Shown one piece after another: positions 31,076 to 41,854 of a stretch of 64,000 bases of DNA. The notes under the pieces are model-generated. The model saw nothing but the letters and a program-made list of their open reading frames with translations, was not told the origin of the DNA and did no database searches. A program made the position numbers and the translations under genes. Each line of letters opens with the position of its first letter. Position 1 is the first letter of the stretch. The DNA comes from an uncultured delta proteobacterium (GTDB lineage Bacteria; Desulfobacterota; Desulfomonilia; UBA1062), in assembly GCA_963752595.1 (NCBI GenBank), contig CAVVYZ010000020.1, positions 32,001-96,000 on the forward strand, given 5' to 3'.

Positions 31076-31615
31076 ATGAAATTTATCAAAACCGATCTGC
31101 AGGGCGCATTTGTGATTGAGCCGGAGGTGTATAAGGATAACAGAGGATTCTTCCTTGAGACCTATAACCGTAAGGTGTTTGAAGAACAAGGGATCAGCCC
31201 GGATTTCTTCCAGGATAATTATTCCTTTTCTCAAAAGAAAGGGGTGCTCAGAGGATTGCACTTCCAATATCCTCCCCATTCACAGGCAAAGCTGGTCATG
31301 GTCGTGTGCGGGACTATATTCGATGTCATTGTTGACTTGAGGAAAGGCTCATCCGGATACGGCAGATGGATCGGTATTGAGCTGAGCAGTTCGCCGTTCC
31401 GCATGATCTATGTCCCCAGGGGATTTGCTCATGGTTTCTGTACGCTTTCGGATAATGCCCATGTGCTTTACAAGGTCGATGCACTCTACAACCCCGGTAC
31501 CGACGGAGGAATCAGATGGAATGATCCGGACCTGAATATCCCGTGGCCTGTCTCCGAGCCCATCCTCTCCGTGAAAGATAAGGAACTGCCGTTCCTCAAG
31601 GATGTCTTTCTGTAG
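31076..31615 (+). CDS. rfbC: dTDP-4-dehydrorhamnose 3,5-epimerase
   Basis: DNRGFFLE, GVLRGLHFQ, GFAHGF, WNDPDL. Confidence 0.95.
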   Translation: MKFIKTDLQGAFVIEPEVYKDNRGFFLETYNRKVFEEQGISPDFFQDNYSFSQKKGVLRGLHFQYPPHSQAKLVMVVCGTIFDVIVDLRKGSSGYGRWIGIELSSSPFRMIYVPRGFAHGFCTLSDNAHVLYKVDALYNPGTDGGIRWNDPDLNIPWPVSEPILSVKDKELPFLKDVFL

Positions 31616-31823
31616 CTGTCCGATAATATAAATTACTTTGCTCATGTGTGTTATTTTTTTTAAATACCCTGACGATATGAGCTTATGAAACGCAGTTAGA
31701 TCCTCGTGTCCCTTTAGGAATGCACACAAGACGGGGATGTGGACAATCACTCTTTAAGGGGTTATGCACGGATGAACCATCGGGTAAGAGAGCCGGTTCT
31801 GAGAAAATATCAAGGGTTATACC

Positions 31824-32810
31824 ATGCCGTCATCTGATACGAGCAACAAGACATCCGATCAGGCCGATTACAGGGAGCTTCCCCTGTCCATTATGCGGAT
31901 CAATGAACGGTATGACTTTGATATCTCTATCCGGATCAAGGATGACTACCGGCTTTTTGCAGCCAAGGGGGCGTTCTTTACCGAAGATCACAGCAAGCCG
32001 CTGAGAAACGGGAATACGAAGCTCTATGTCAGAAATGAAGACTGGAGCAAGGTGGAGGAGTATAAGACCAGATACTTGAGCAGCATCCTCACAGACCCCA
32101 AGGTGAGTGCCAGCGAGAAGGCCGATGTCGCTTTCTCCACGTCCATGAAGTCGATCCGGGAGGTCTTCGAGTCTACGGAAGAAAGGAACATCAAGCACGT
32201 GGAGAAGAACGCAGAGGAAATGGTAAGGCTTATCCTCTGCGAAGACGAGGTCATGGACAATCTCATCTGGATCAACAGCCACGACCACTTTACCTACCAG
32301 CACTCGGTCAGGGTGGGTATCTATGCAACAGCGCTTTCGCTCAAGCACTTCGGGTCAAAGCTGACAAAAAAGGAGATGGTGGATTTAAGTACAGGGTATT
32401 TCCTTCACGACATCGGGATGGCGCAGGTGCCATTGAAAATCCTCGATAAAAGGACGCCGCTGACCCCTACGGAGTGGGGCATCATCAGGATGCATCCCAT
32501 GTGGGGGTATGACAGGCTGCTCGAGACCGGCCACCTTACCCCTGAAGCTGCGGCCATCGTGCTCTCGCACCATGAACGGGATAACGGCAGCGGATATCCC
32601 TTTGCGCGGGAAGGCGAGGGAATCCCGGTGTATGCGAAGATCTGCGCCATAGCGGACATGTTTGAATCCCTCACCGCAATAAGGCCTTACAGGCAGCAGA
32701 GAGATCCGTTCCAGGCCTTGACACTGATGCAGCAAGAGATGGCCGATGAGTTCGATCCTGAACTGTTCAAAGCATTCGTCGTACTGCTCGGTCCAAAGGG
32801 CGAAGCCTGA
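31824..32810 (+). CDS. HD-GYP domain cyclic di-nucleotide phosphodiesterase
   Basis: HSVRV, LHDIG, HHERDNGSGYP, RPY. Confidence 0.9.
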   Translation: MPSSDTSNKTSDQADYRELPLSIMRINERYDFDISIRIKDDYRLFAAKGAFFTEDHSKPLRNGNTKLYVRNEDWSKVEEYKTRYLSSILTDPKVSASEKADVAFSTSMKSIREVFESTEERNIKHVEKNAEEMVRLILCEDEVMDNLIWINSHDHFTYQHSVRVGIYATALSLKHFGSKLTKKEMVDLSTGYFLHDIGMAQVPLKILDKRTPLTPTEWGIIRMHPMWGYDRLLETGHLTPEAAAIVLSHHERDNGSGYPFAREGEGIPVYAKICAIADMFESLTAIRPYRQQRDPFQALTLMQQEMADEFDPELFKAFVVLLGPKGEA

Positions 32811-32850
32811 TTTTTCTCGGTCCCGGGAAAGGCACTTGCCCAAAACGCTC

Positions 32851-32877
32851 TAAAATGCCTCCTCTTTTTGCCGAATA
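32851..32877 (+). promoter_or_regulatory. Sigma28-like promoter TAAA-N15-GCCGAATA
   Basis: Close to the FliA consensus with canonical spacing. Confidence 0.4.
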
Positions 32878-32926
32878 GCGAAGCTCTTGCTTGACTTCAC
32901 GGTTCATTCGTTGTTTATTCGCCAGT

Positions 32927-33583
32927 ATGTTTTTGATTGTATCAGGAGGAGATGCGCCTGATTGCGTCTTCCTGAAGGAAAAGGCCGGGAAGGCAAGGAT
33001 GGTCATAGCTGCCGATAAGGGCGCCGAGTATTGCCTTGACGCAGGAGTAAGGCCCGATCTTGTAGTGGGAGACATGGATTCCATCTCTCGCGCGGCCTAC
33101 GACGAGATAAAAAAATCAGGAATACCTCTGAAAGAGCATGACCCGTGCAAGGACCAGACCGATACGCAGCTCGCTTTGGAAGAGGCGTTCAGGCAGGGCG
33201 CACAGTGCATTGAGCTTACGGCCGCTACCGGGGACAGGTTCGACCACAGCCTCGCAAATGTCCATCTGCTCTATGCTGCCCGTGAACGCGGGATCGGCAT
33301 GTCGATCCTGTCGCAGACAAGCAGGATATTTCTTGTGGATTCGCTATATGAGGTTTCAGGCATGAAGGGGGCTACGGTTTCGCTGCTTCCTTTGACCATG
33401 GAGGTCGACGGCGTGAGCTTAAGCGGTTTCCAGTGGCCGCTGGAGAATGCCTCCATGAAGGTGGGTGATCCCTACGGGATCAGCAATAGAATACTGTCGG
33501 ATGAGGCCTTGATAGAAGTCCGCACAGGGATACTGATTATCACACTCTTCTTTCCCTTGAAACCGGGACGGGATAATGGGTAG
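32927..33583 (+). CDS. thiN: Thiamine pyrophosphokinase
   Basis: AADKGA, VGDMDS, KDQTD, GDRFDH, GISN. Confidence 0.9.
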   Translation: MFLIVSGGDAPDCVFLKEKAGKARMVIAADKGAEYCLDAGVRPDLVVGDMDSISRAAYDEIKKSGIPLKEHDPCKDQTDTQLALEEAFRQGAQCIELTAATGDRFDHSLANVHLLYAARERGIGMSILSQTSRIFLVDSLYEVSGMKGATVSLLPLTMEVDGVSLSGFQWPLENASMKVGDPYGISNRILSDEALIEVRTGILIITLFFPLKPGRDNG

Positions 33584-33662
33584 TGACAGCAAACTCGAGA
33601 AGGTGATATCCTTTGCGATAAAAAATGTAAGGGAAACGGATAGTGGAGTAAGGGAGGATACA

Positions 33663-34661
33663 TTGAAGAAGATACTCTTTGTAATCATGGTTCTGGTTTG
33701 TGTAATGTTTGTTGCGGGGTGCTCGAAATTCACCGGGGGAGACAAGGGCAAGGCTGCACTCAAATCCGACGTGGTGGCGCAGGTCGGAGATGACAAGATA
33801 ACGGCTCAGGATATCGAGGAAATACTCACACACATACCCATGCAGTACCGGACGAGATATTCTTCCGCCGAGGGCAGGAGAGAGATCGTAGACGGGCTGG
33901 TGAATATCAAGACGCTTGCGTGGGAAGCCAGAAAGCGGGGGATAGACAAGCAGAACAGCGTGCGGATGAAGATCAGCTACCTCACGGATCAGACCCTGGC
34001 AAAGGAGCTGGAGAACGAGCTCAAGAAGGCGTTCAAGGTCAGCGATGCCGAGATCGAAAAATACTATAACGATCACCAGGAAAAGTATGTAACACCTGAC
34101 CGCATCAAGGCGCGGCACATCCTGGTGGACAAAGAAGATCAGGCCCGCTCGCTGTTGAAGCAGATCAAGAAAGGGGCGGACTTCGAGCTTCTGGCAAAGC
34201 AGAATTCCAAGTGCCCGTCTGCCCCGAAGGGCGGAGATCTCGGGTGGTTCAGCAAGGGCAAGATGGACCCTGCTTTCGAGAAGGCGGCCTTTGTCCTGAA
34301 GAACGGCGAGGTGAGCGATGTGGTGAAGTCATCCTTCGGGTACCACATCATCAGGCTCGATGACCGGAGAGAGAACAAGACCAGGACGCTCGATCAGGTG
34401 AGGAGATCCATCGAGAGAATCATCCAGAGAGAGAAGATGGAAAAAGAGGTCAACGCCCTCAAAGAGAACATCAAGAAGCAGGCATCGGTTTCCGTGAACG
34501 ATGAGTACTTCAAGAAATTCGAAGGCCGGGCCCAGACTCAGACAGAAGATCCCGGATTTATGGGCCCGGGGTCCGGGCCGGGACCACAGCCTGCCCCGGT
34601 TCAGGCGCCTGTGCCGGGACCGGCAGCTTCACCGGCACCGCCTGCAGTCCAGGGAAGGTAA
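33663..34661 (+). CDS. PpiC/PrsA-type peptidyl-prolyl isomerase lipoprotein
   Basis: Lipobox VAGC; ARHILV, GGDLGWF, FGYHII; Pro-rich tail. Confidence 0.9.
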   Translation: MKKILFVIMVLVCVMFVAGCSKFTGGDKGKAALKSDVVAQVGDDKITAQDIEEILTHIPMQYRTRYSSAEGRREIVDGLVNIKTLAWEARKRGIDKQNSVRMKISYLTDQTLAKELENELKKAFKVSDAEIEKYYNDHQEKYVTPDRIKARHILVDKEDQARSLLKQIKKGADFELLAKQNSKCPSAPKGGDLGWFSKGKMDPAFEKAAFVLKNGEVSDVVKSSFGYHIIRLDDRRENKTRTLDQVRRSIERIIQREKMEKEVNALKENIKKQASVSVNDEYFKKFEGRAQTQTEDPGFMGPGSGPGPQPAPVQAPVPGPAASPAPPAVQGR

Positions 34662-34674
34662 AGGGAGAGGAATC

Positions 34675-35898
34675 TTGGCATTATATACCTGGAGCGGATA
34701 TACGGAAAAAGGCAAGGTCACCCGCGGGATGATGGATGCCGTGTCCCTCAGGGAGGCCAAGCTCAAACTTCGTTCTCAGGGGGTATTCGTCAGTGCGATC
34801 GACGAAGAGGCCACATCGCAGACGCCGCTCGTAAGGGACATCTCGCTGAAGCGGTTTCTGGGAAGGGTCAAGCTCGAGGATCTCACGGTCATGACGCGGC
34901 AGCTATCCACCCTGGTGGGCGCATCGATCCCACTGGTGGAATGCTTGGACGCACTCTACGAGCAGACAGAATCACCTGCCATGAAGAAGACCGTGGCCCA
35001 GGTGAGGGATTCGGTCAACGAGGGATTATCTTTTGCCGATTCCTTAGGCCAGCATAAGAGAATATTTTCGGATCTGTACGTGAACATGGTCCGCTCGGGC
35101 GAGGCGAGCGGCGCCCTCGACGTCGTGCTGCTGAGGCTCGCCGAGTTTCTGGAGGGCCAGCACCGGCTGAGGGCAAAGGTGGGCGCCGCACTGGTCTATC
35201 CCCTTGTGCTTCTGTGTGTCTCGGGCTTTGTGCTTTTCTATCTCCTGACAGCGGTCGTGCCGCAGGTCGTGGGCATGTTCGAGAACATGGGCCAGAAACT
35301 GCCGCTCCCCACCCGCGTTCTCATCTGGATAAGCGACTTTCTCGGTGCCACGTGGTGGATAATCGCAAGCCTTCTCATTGTCACAATCGTTCTCTTCATG
35401 CGCTGGAAACAGACCGAGCGCGGCGCATTGCGGTTCGACCGGTTCAGGATGAACGTCCCGATTTACGGCGCCGTCTACCGGAAGGTATCTGTCGCCCGTT
35501 TCGCCAGGACGCTCGGCACCTTGCTCTCTTCCGGGGTGCCCATCATCGAATCCATGAAGATCGTCAAAACGGTCGTGCAGAACAAGGTCATGGAGGCTTC
35601 CATTGAAGCCTCTACTGCGGAAGTCATGGAGGGGTCGAGTATCGCCGCTCCCTTGAAAAAATCCGGGGTGTTCCCGCCCATCATCATCCACATGATCAGT
35701 ACCGGAGAAAAAAGCGGGACCCTGGAAGAGATGCTCATCAAGGCTGCAGATGCATACGAGGAGGATGTGGAGACCGCTGTTGCAGGGCTCACATCGGTTC
35801 TCGAACCGTTCATGATCGTGATCATGGGCGCAATCGTGGGTTCCATCGTGCTGGCAATACTCCTGCCCATGCTGGAAATGAGCACCATAGTCCGATAG
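34675..35898 (+). CDS. gspF: Type II secretion inner membrane protein F
   Basis: [30 protein letters not shown]. Confidence 0.92.
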   Translation: MALYTWSGYTEKGKVTRGMMDAVSLREAKLKLRSQGVFVSAIDEEATSQTPLVRDISLKRFLGRVKLEDLTVMTRQLSTLVGASIPLVECLDALYEQTESPAMKKTVAQVRDSVNEGLSFADSLGQHKRIFSDLYVNMVRSGEASGALDVVLLRLAEFLEGQHRLRAKVGAALVYPLVLLCVSGFVLFYLLTAVVPQVVGMFENMGQKLPLPTRVLIWISDFLGATWWIIASLLIVTIVLFMRWKQTERGALRFDRFRMNVPIYGAVYRKVSVARFARTLGTLLSSGVPIIESMKIVKTVVQNKVMEASIEASTAEVMEGSSIAAPLKKSGVFPPIIIHMISTGEKSGTLEEMLIKAADAYEEDVETAVAGLTSVLEPFMIVIMGAIVGSIVLAILLPMLEMSTIVR

Positions 35899-35914
35899 GA
35901 TGGAGGATGAACAG

Positions 35915-36367
35915 ATGAAAAACAAAGGGTTTACCCTTCTGGAATTATTGGTGGTTATCGTCATACTCGGCATACTCGCCACCTTTGTCGGCACCCGGAT
36001 CATGGGTAAGCCTGAAGAGGCACGGCAGACCCAGGCCAAGATCCAGATCCAGTCGCTAGAGGGCGCGCTGAACATGTACCGGCTCGACAACGGCGATTAT
36101 CCTTCGACAGAGCAGGGCTTGAAGGCCCTGGTTGAAAAGCCTGCCGGGGGGAATATCCCCAGGAAATGGAGGGAAGGCGGATACCTCGATAAACCCAAGG
36201 TTCCCAAGGACCCGTGGAACGACGATTATGCCTACCTGTGTCCCGGAATGAGGAATACCAACGGTTTTGACCTGTTTTCCTACGGAGCTGACGGTCAGCC
36301 CGGCGGAGAGGGCAAGGATGCGGATATCGGAAACTGGGAAAGCGAAGGCGAGAGCTATCAGCAATAA
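35915..36367 (+). CDS. gspG: Major pseudopilin
   Basis: [31 protein letters not shown]. Confidence 0.95.
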   Translation: MKNKGFTLLELLVVIVILGILATFVGTRIMGKPEEARQTQAKIQIQSLEGALNMYRLDNGDYPSTEQGLKALVEKPAGGNIPRKWREGGYLDKPKVPKDPWNDDYAYLCPGMRNTNGFDLFSYGADGQPGGEGKDADIGNWESEGESYQQ

Positions 36368-36851
36368 GGCCTTCACTCTCATCGAGCTGCTCGTCGTCAT
36401 CGTGATCCTCGGCATTACGGTGGGATACATCGGGCCGAAGCTCTTTGCCGGCCTCTCCACATCAAACATGGATAAGGCGTCCCGGGAGATCCTCACGATC
36501 ATCCAGTACGCCAGGTCAAGCGCCGTAACCCAGCACAAGCCTTACTACATCCGCTTCGATATCGATCACTCAAGCGTCGGCCTGTATCCAAAGCCCGAGA
36601 AGTCGGGCGAGATAGAGATGCTCAAAGAAAAGGAGCTCCCGGAAGGAGTGGTTCTGAAAAGCGTAAAAAGTCCGTATCAGAGCGAGAAGCTCGAAGGCAA
36701 GGCGGATATCCTGGTTACCCCGGAGGGGGTGGTCGAACAGGGCGTCATCTACCTTGAAGGGGCATTGGGGAGCATTTATACCATGGTCATAAAACCTTTT
36801 TCCGGCATGCTCACCGTGTATGACCACTATGTCGAGGTGCTCCATGAATAA
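36318..36851 (+). CDS. gspH: Minor pseudopilin H
   Basis: AFTLIELL prepilin site; operon position. Confidence 0.8.
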   Translation: MRISETGKAKARAISNKAFTLIELLVVIVILGITVGYIGPKLFAGLSTSNMDKASREILTIIQYARSSAVTQHKPYYIRFDIDHSSVGLYPKPEKSGEIEMLKEKELPEGVVLKSVKSPYQSEKLEGKADILVTPEGVVEQGVIYLEGALGSIYTMVIKPFSGMLTVYDHYVEVLHE

Positions 36852-37200
36852 GGGATTTACGCTCATCGAAGTGCTGGTTGCCCTGGTGATCCTGGGTATC
36901 GCCTTCACCTGGCTCATTATCGGGACGAACCAGTCCATCGACATGGCGACGAGATCGAAATTCATCACCACATCGACCCTGCTCGCCCAGAAGCGCATCG
37001 CGGATGTCGTATCGAGCGGCTTGGAAAAGGCTCCGGGGAGCAATCAGGGTGACTTCGGCGAAGATTACCCGGGGTATAAATATACCGAAAACATCGAATC
37101 GACCCCGCTGGAAGGGTGCCGGAAGTACACGTTGACGCTCAAATGGGGGGAAGCGCAGCAATCTTGAGACGCAATTTACCGCATTTCTTTCATCCAAATA
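36844..37200 (+). CDS. gspI: Minor pseudopilin I; probable frameshift near 37150
   Basis: GFTLIEVL; removing one base after TGGGGGG gives …NLETQFTAFLSSK*. Confidence 0.78.
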
Positions 37201-37880
37201 AGAGGGGCTTCACCCTTATCGAGGTGATCATGGCCCTTGCTATCGGGGCGATCATCCTGACGGTCGTGAATATGGCTTTCTTCGGGTCTCACCGGAAGAT
37301 CGAGGCCGTGAGCAATGAGCGGCAGACCTACCAGATGGTGAGGATCGTCATGGATCGCATGGTAAAAGACCTGGTATGCGCCTATATACCGGCCCCGGGC
37401 GACCCCCCACGGCAGATGAGCGAGGAGGAGATCTCGATGTACCGTTTCGTAGGCACGGACGATTCGAGCGATTCGGTCGACAAGGACGGAATTCATTTCA
37501 CCACCACGGCCGACCTCGGGCTCCCGGGGAGCATGGGCGGCACCTGTGATGTGGGGTATTATCTCAAGGAAATGGAATCAGAAAAAGACCGGTACGTCAT
37601 CATCAGGTCCGAAGACTGCATGCCTCATCAGGGTGTGAGCGAGACCGGCAAGGAAATGGAGGTCGCAGAGGGCGTCATCTCCATGGATATCAAGTACGTG
37701 GATGGCGAATCCAAGGAGAACGATACCTGGGACCTTGCCGAGAAGCTCTGCCTCCCCAAAGAGGTGAAGGTGACCATCACCTTTGACGTCGAGGGCAAGC
37801 CCTTGAGTTTTACCGGCGTGGCCTTCCTTCCCCTGTCAGATCTCCCGAAGCTCGTCCGGGGCCAGGAGGAAGGTCCATGA
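37164..37880 (+). CDS. gspJ: Minor pseudopilin J
   Basis: RGFTLIEVIMAL; operon position. Confidence 0.8.
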   Translation: MRRNLPHFFHPNKRGFTLIEVIMALAIGAIILTVVNMAFFGSHRKIEAVSNERQTYQMVRIVMDRMVKDLVCAYIPAPGDPPRQMSEEEISMYRFVGTDDSSDSVDKDGIHFTTTADLGLPGSMGGTCDVGYYLKEMESEKDRYVIIRSEDCMPHQGVSETGKEMEVAEGVISMDIKYVDGESKENDTWDLAEKLCLPKEVKVTITFDVEGKPLSFTGVAFLPLSDLPKLVRGQEEGP

Positions 37881-38866
37881 GATACACGGAGCTTGTGCTG
37901 AAGGATAAGCAAGGGGCCGTGCTCCTCCTCGTGCTTGCAACCGTGGCGCTCTTTACGGTCATGGTGGTCAATTTCAGCGCAGACCAGGGTCTGGACATCG
38001 AGCTGGCCTACAACTTCCGGGATTCTGCCCAGGCCCAGTATATTGCCCGTTCAGGCATCGAAGCGGCCAAGGCGATCTTGGAAAAGGACGACAAAGCCTA
38101 TGACTCCGAAGATGAGGAATGGGGGGAGTTTCCCGAATATGCCATTGCTGCTTCCGGCTACCTCGACGGTCCGGTGTTCACCGGGGTTCTGACGGACGAG
38201 AGCGGCAAATTCGATCTCAATGCTCTCGGGATCCAGGGAGAACAGGGGAACCAGGCCTTCAGGCAAGCCCAATTCATACGGCTCCTGGATGTCCTCGATA
38301 TAGATATGAACGAAAGCGAGAAGAAGGAACTGGCAGATTCGGTCAAGGACTGGGTAGACAAGGACGACGAAGAAACAGAATCCGGCGCAGAGAACGAATA
38401 CTACCAGTCCCTGGACCACCCCTATGAATGCAAGAACGCCCCCATGGACAGTCCGGAAGAAATCCTTCTCGTGAAAGGGATGAAGCCCGAATACTATTAC
38501 GGCACGGAAAACCACGAAGGGCTCGGCAAGTACGTGACGGCGGGGAAAGGGGGCAAGATCAATATCAACACCGCATCCGACGCAGTGCTTATGAGCATAT
38601 CCGAATCCATAACCGAGGACGTGGTGGAAGAAATCAAGGATTGCAGGCCTTTTATGCAGGAGAGCTTCGAGTGCATTCGGAGCTTGAATTTCAGCGACAC
38701 TTCTGATGATATGAAGTGGATCAAGAGCGCCATCGGGATCAATAGCAGCCGCTTCTGTGCGGACATGAAGGGCAGCATGCCCTCGGGCGCCCAGGTGAAT
38801 ATAAAGGCAATACTGGAGCGCAATAACAGTGACTCTGTTCGAATAGTGTATTATAAGATATACTGA
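37877..38866 (+). CDS. gspK: Pseudopilin K
   Basis: GAVLLLVL, DESGKFDLN, DWVDKD, GAE, KININTAS. Confidence 0.9.
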   Translation: MRYTELVLKDKQGAVLLLVLATVALFTVMVVNFSADQGLDIELAYNFRDSAQAQYIARSGIEAAKAILEKDDKAYDSEDEEWGEFPEYAIAASGYLDGPVFTGVLTDESGKFDLNALGIQGEQGNQAFRQAQFIRLLDVLDIDMNESEKKELADSVKDWVDKDDEETESGAENEYYQSLDHPYECKNAPMDSPEEILLVKGMKPEYYYGTENHEGLGKYVTAGKGGKININTASDAVLMSISESITEDVVEEIKDCRPFMQESFECIRSLNFSDTSDDMKWIKSAIGINSSRFCADMKGSMPSGAQVNIKAILERNNSDSVRIVYYKIY

Positions 38867-38885
38867 CTTTTACGTAGGATGGATA

Positions 38886-40412
38886 ATGGCAAGATATTCG
38901 GTAGGTATATACTGGGATAATGTTTCCCTGCATGCGTGCCTCATCAGGGTGGGGGCTCCCGAACTCACCATAGAGAGGATTGCCTCCTTGCCCAGGGAGT
39001 ACGATGAACGCTATGCGCCCAAGAAACCCATATCGGAAGAGATACCGGCGCTTCTCAAGGATGCGTTGATCGAACCCCTCGATACGTTCGTGGTGAGTCT
39101 CCCCGAGAGGGAAACCATGCACCGCTCGCTGCTGCGTCCTTTCGGTGACCGCAAAAAGATTGCACAGACCATCGCCCCCGAGGTGGAGACATTATTGCCC
39201 GTCATGGACGGGAAGATTATCGTCGACTATGTCCTTTTGGGAAAAGACGAGGCAGGGCTCCATCATATAGAGGCAATCGCGGTCAGGCACGCGTCGGCCT
39301 CGGCGCTCATTCGGGATATGAACGCAGCAGGCATCGACCCCGAGATTATCGATTCCCCTTCTGCAGCACTTCTGGCAGGTGCACGGAAGGTTTTCAAGCT
39401 TGAGCGCGATACCACCTATCTGTGTCTTCACATGGGATGGCAGGACACGTCGCTCGCAGTGCTCGAAGGGACTAAAGTCAAATATACCGGTGCGTTTCCC
39501 TACGGGTTCGAGAAGATCGCCTTGAGCCTGTTCGGGAATACGGCGCTCCCTTACGGTCAGTTGAATGAGAAGCTTAAAGAAGGCATTGAAGCGGGCGAGA
39601 TCCTGGATGCGTATATCAGGGAGGTGCTCATAGCCCTGTCCCGTATCGGCTCGAAAGAGCAAAACCTTGTCCTGATCCTCACGGGGTATGCGCATTCCAT
39701 CAAGGACCTCCCGGCGTATTTCAAGAAAGCTGCCGATATCACCACAGACCTCCCGGAGCAGAACAGTGTCCGCGGAGACGCCGGTATCAACGAAATTCTG
39801 GGCCGTTTCATGCCTCTTTCCCTTGCATGCAGGGGCATCGACAATACCGACGTGCTCAATTTCCGGCAAAACGATCTTGCCTATACCAAGAAGATGGAGT
39901 GGATAAAGGGCTATGCAGGGACATGGACCAAGGTAGCTGCGGTTTTCGTCATCCTGTGGCTCTTCGGCCTCGGCCTGAACATTTCCGCCAATTCCCGTAT
40001 CAACAGCCGGCTTACCAAGCTCATAAACAAGGAATTCAGCGCTGTCATGCCTCCCGGCACCCCAATGACAAAGGATGTCGCGATGCAGATGGAGCAGCAT
40101 CTGACAAAGATATCACGCAGCGGCGGAACCTCTTCCATGAACGGCGGGGATTCGCCCCTGGAGATTATTGCGGACATCAGCGAACGCATACCGAAGACCG
40201 TCGACGTACTCGTGGATACGGTCAGCATTGATGAAAACGCCATTACCATAACCGGGAACGCGGGTTCCTACGACAATGTCGAGCGGATGAAGGAAAGCCT
40301 CGCAGGCCTTTCCTATATAGCAGACGTAAAGATCGTGTCGGCGAACGTGGACAAAAACGATCAGCGGGTAGGGTTGAAACTGGTATGCAGCAAAAAATCG
40401 AACAATTCATAA
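38886..40412 (+). CDS. gspL: GspL (actin-like cytoplasmic domain, TM, PilN-like domain)
   Basis: Size, single TM after NFRQ, operon position. Confidence 0.75.
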   Translation: MARYSVGIYWDNVSLHACLIRVGAPELTIERIASLPREYDERYAPKKPISEEIPALLKDALIEPLDTFVVSLPERETMHRSLLRPFGDRKKIAQTIAPEVETLLPVMDGKIIVDYVLLGKDEAGLHHIEAIAVRHASASALIRDMNAAGIDPEIIDSPSAALLAGARKVFKLERDTTYLCLHMGWQDTSLAVLEGTKVKYTGAFPYGFEKIALSLFGNTALPYGQLNEKLKEGIEAGEILDAYIREVLIALSRIGSKEQNLVLILTGYAHSIKDLPAYFKKAADITTDLPEQNSVRGDAGINEILGRFMPLSLACRGIDNTDVLNFRQNDLAYTKKMEWIKGYAGTWTKVAAVFVILWLFGLGLNISANSRINSRLTKLINKEFSAVMPPGTPMTKDVAMQMEQHLTKISRSGGTSSMNGGDSPLEIIADISERIPKTVDVLVDTVSIDENAITITGNAGSYDNVERMKESLAGLSYIADVKIVSANVDKNDQRVGLKLVCSKKSNNS

Positions 40413-40942
40413 AACAATTCATAAAACAAGGTAAGGAGTATTTCCAAAGCCTCACCCAACGCGAGAAGATCGTGCTTCTGGCGGTGGGGGCCGTGCTCTC
40501 GGCATCCATCCTCATCGGAGGTGTGCTTTCCCCCATGATGAGCTACCGCGCAAAGCTCGATAATTCGGTGAGCGTCAAGGATGACCAGCTGAGAAAGGTG
40601 TACGAACTTTCTGCCAGGATCAAGGCTGTCACGGAGAGTACGAGAAACAATGGGGCCATGCAGTCTGCGAACTTCACCCTTTTCGGATTTCTCGAGGAGC
40701 TTGCAGCCAAGATCAAGGTCAATGACCGGATCGAATACATGAAGCCGGTCAATGACATGGACGGTTCTACCAGGGAGGCAGTGGAGGTAAAGATACGGTC
40801 AGTCTACCAGGAAGATCTCATCAGCCTGCTGTACGACATCGAGCACTGCCCCTATTCACTCGTGATAAAGCGGATGAATATCCGGCGTATAGAGAGGGAC
40901 AGTAATCTCGATGTAATCCTCGAGGTGGTCCGCTATGGCTGA
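40385..40942 (+). CDS. gspM: Type II secretion protein M
   Basis: LTQREK plus TM; operon position. Confidence 0.75.
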   Translation: MQQKIEQFIKQFIKQGKEYFQSLTQREKIVLLAVGAVLSASILIGGVLSPMMSYRAKLDNSVSVKDDQLRKVYELSARIKAVTESTRNNGAMQSANFTLFGFLEELAAKIKVNDRIEYMKPVNDMDGSTREAVEVKIRSVYQEDLISLLYDIEHCPYSLVIKRMNIRRIERDSNLDVILEVVRYG

Positions 40943-41786
40943 GGTCAAGAGGGGCTCGCCTCTTCTGGAGAAGATCGGGATCACCATTTTTTTCCTCATA
41001 TGCCTGGTGCTCTTCACATATATACGCTTTCCCTACGATGCATTCAGGGGCCGCCTGGAAAACACGATAAGTTCAATGGTAGGACAGCCGGTAACGCTGG
41101 GGCGTGTCCACTCACGGCTGCTCTTCGGTTTCAAAGTCGACGGCTTGAGCATCAATGAGGTTGTATGTGCAAAGGAGCTTCTCCTTAAGCCCCATCTCTT
41201 TTCGCTGCTGACCGGCAGGATAGGGATGGATGTGAAGGCCCTGTTCCCGGCGGGAAGCCTCGCATGCTCCTTCGATAAGCCGTACGGCTCAGCAAAGAGG
41301 CCTGTATATGCGAAAGTGAAGATGGATAAAGTCGATTCCGCCCTCATCCATACCCTTTTTGCCACCGGCTTTCAGCCAAAGGGGCTCATGTCCGGTTCCA
41401 TCGAATTAATGGGCCCGAATACCTTGCTCAGCGAAATGAGCGGCAAGTCCAATATCGTATGGAATGACGGATTTTTCCCGCTGCCCGGATCCCAGCTTCC
41501 TATGGACGGGCTCAAGTTCAAAGTCATGGAGATGAACTCCCGCATAGAAAGAGGCCTCCTCACCCTTGAAAAGATGGAACTGAAAGGGGACATGTCCGGG
41601 ACCATGAGCGGAGCCATCAGGATGATGGACCCGTTTGCACGTTCGCGGCTGAATCTTACGGGAACGATGAATCTCCCTCCGGGATCGGCCCCATCCACGG
41701 ATGCCGGTTTTCAGCAGGGAATAAAGTTCAGTCTCAGAGGCACCCTCGACAGGCCCAGGTTCCGTATCCTGGGTTCTCCGAGATAA
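40935..41786 (+). CDS. gspN: Type II secretion protein N
   Basis: TM then FPYD; C-terminal LRGTLDRP. Confidence 0.75.
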   Translation: MAEVKRGSPLLEKIGITIFFLICLVLFTYIRFPYDAFRGRLENTISSMVGQPVTLGRVHSRLLFGFKVDGLSINEVVCAKELLLKPHLFSLLTGRIGMDVKALFPAGSLACSFDKPYGSAKRPVYAKVKMDKVDSALIHTLFATGFQPKGLMSGSIELMGPNTLLSEMSGKSNIVWNDGFFPLPGSQLPMDGLKFKVMEMNSRIERGLLTLEKMELKGDMSGTMSGAIRMMDPFARSRLNLTGTMNLPPGSAPSTDAGFQQGIKFSLRGTLDRPRFRILGSPR

Positions 41787-41803
41787 GACAGGCAAAACAA
41801 TAT

Positions 41804-41831
41804 TAAAGAGATAGAATTTATTTTCCGAAAA
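41804..41831 (+). promoter_or_regulatory. Sigma28-like promoter TAAA-N16-TCCGAAAA
   Basis: Recurrent motif; upstream of the PRT-GGDEF-HAD operon. Confidence 0.4.
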
Positions 41832-41854
41832 AAAAGAATTGATAAGGTGATCAT

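Noticed and set aside
31076-31615. Orphan rfbC as part of the glycan cluster
   Set aside because: 15 kb from the cluster with unrelated neighbours; isolated rfbC genes are common
21579-37167. Other premature TGA codons (gcvPA 21579, gspI 37165) as selenocysteine
   Set aside because: The homologous sequence continues in a different frame, so these are frameshifts rather than read-through
40401-40429. 12-bp tandem duplication AACAATTCATAA at the gspL/gspM overlap
   Set aside because: In-frame micro-duplication with only 2.4 copies and no evident function
34675-41786. T2SS lacking gspC/D/E as a novel system
   Set aside because: Split gsp loci are common; the missing genes are probably elsewhere in the genome
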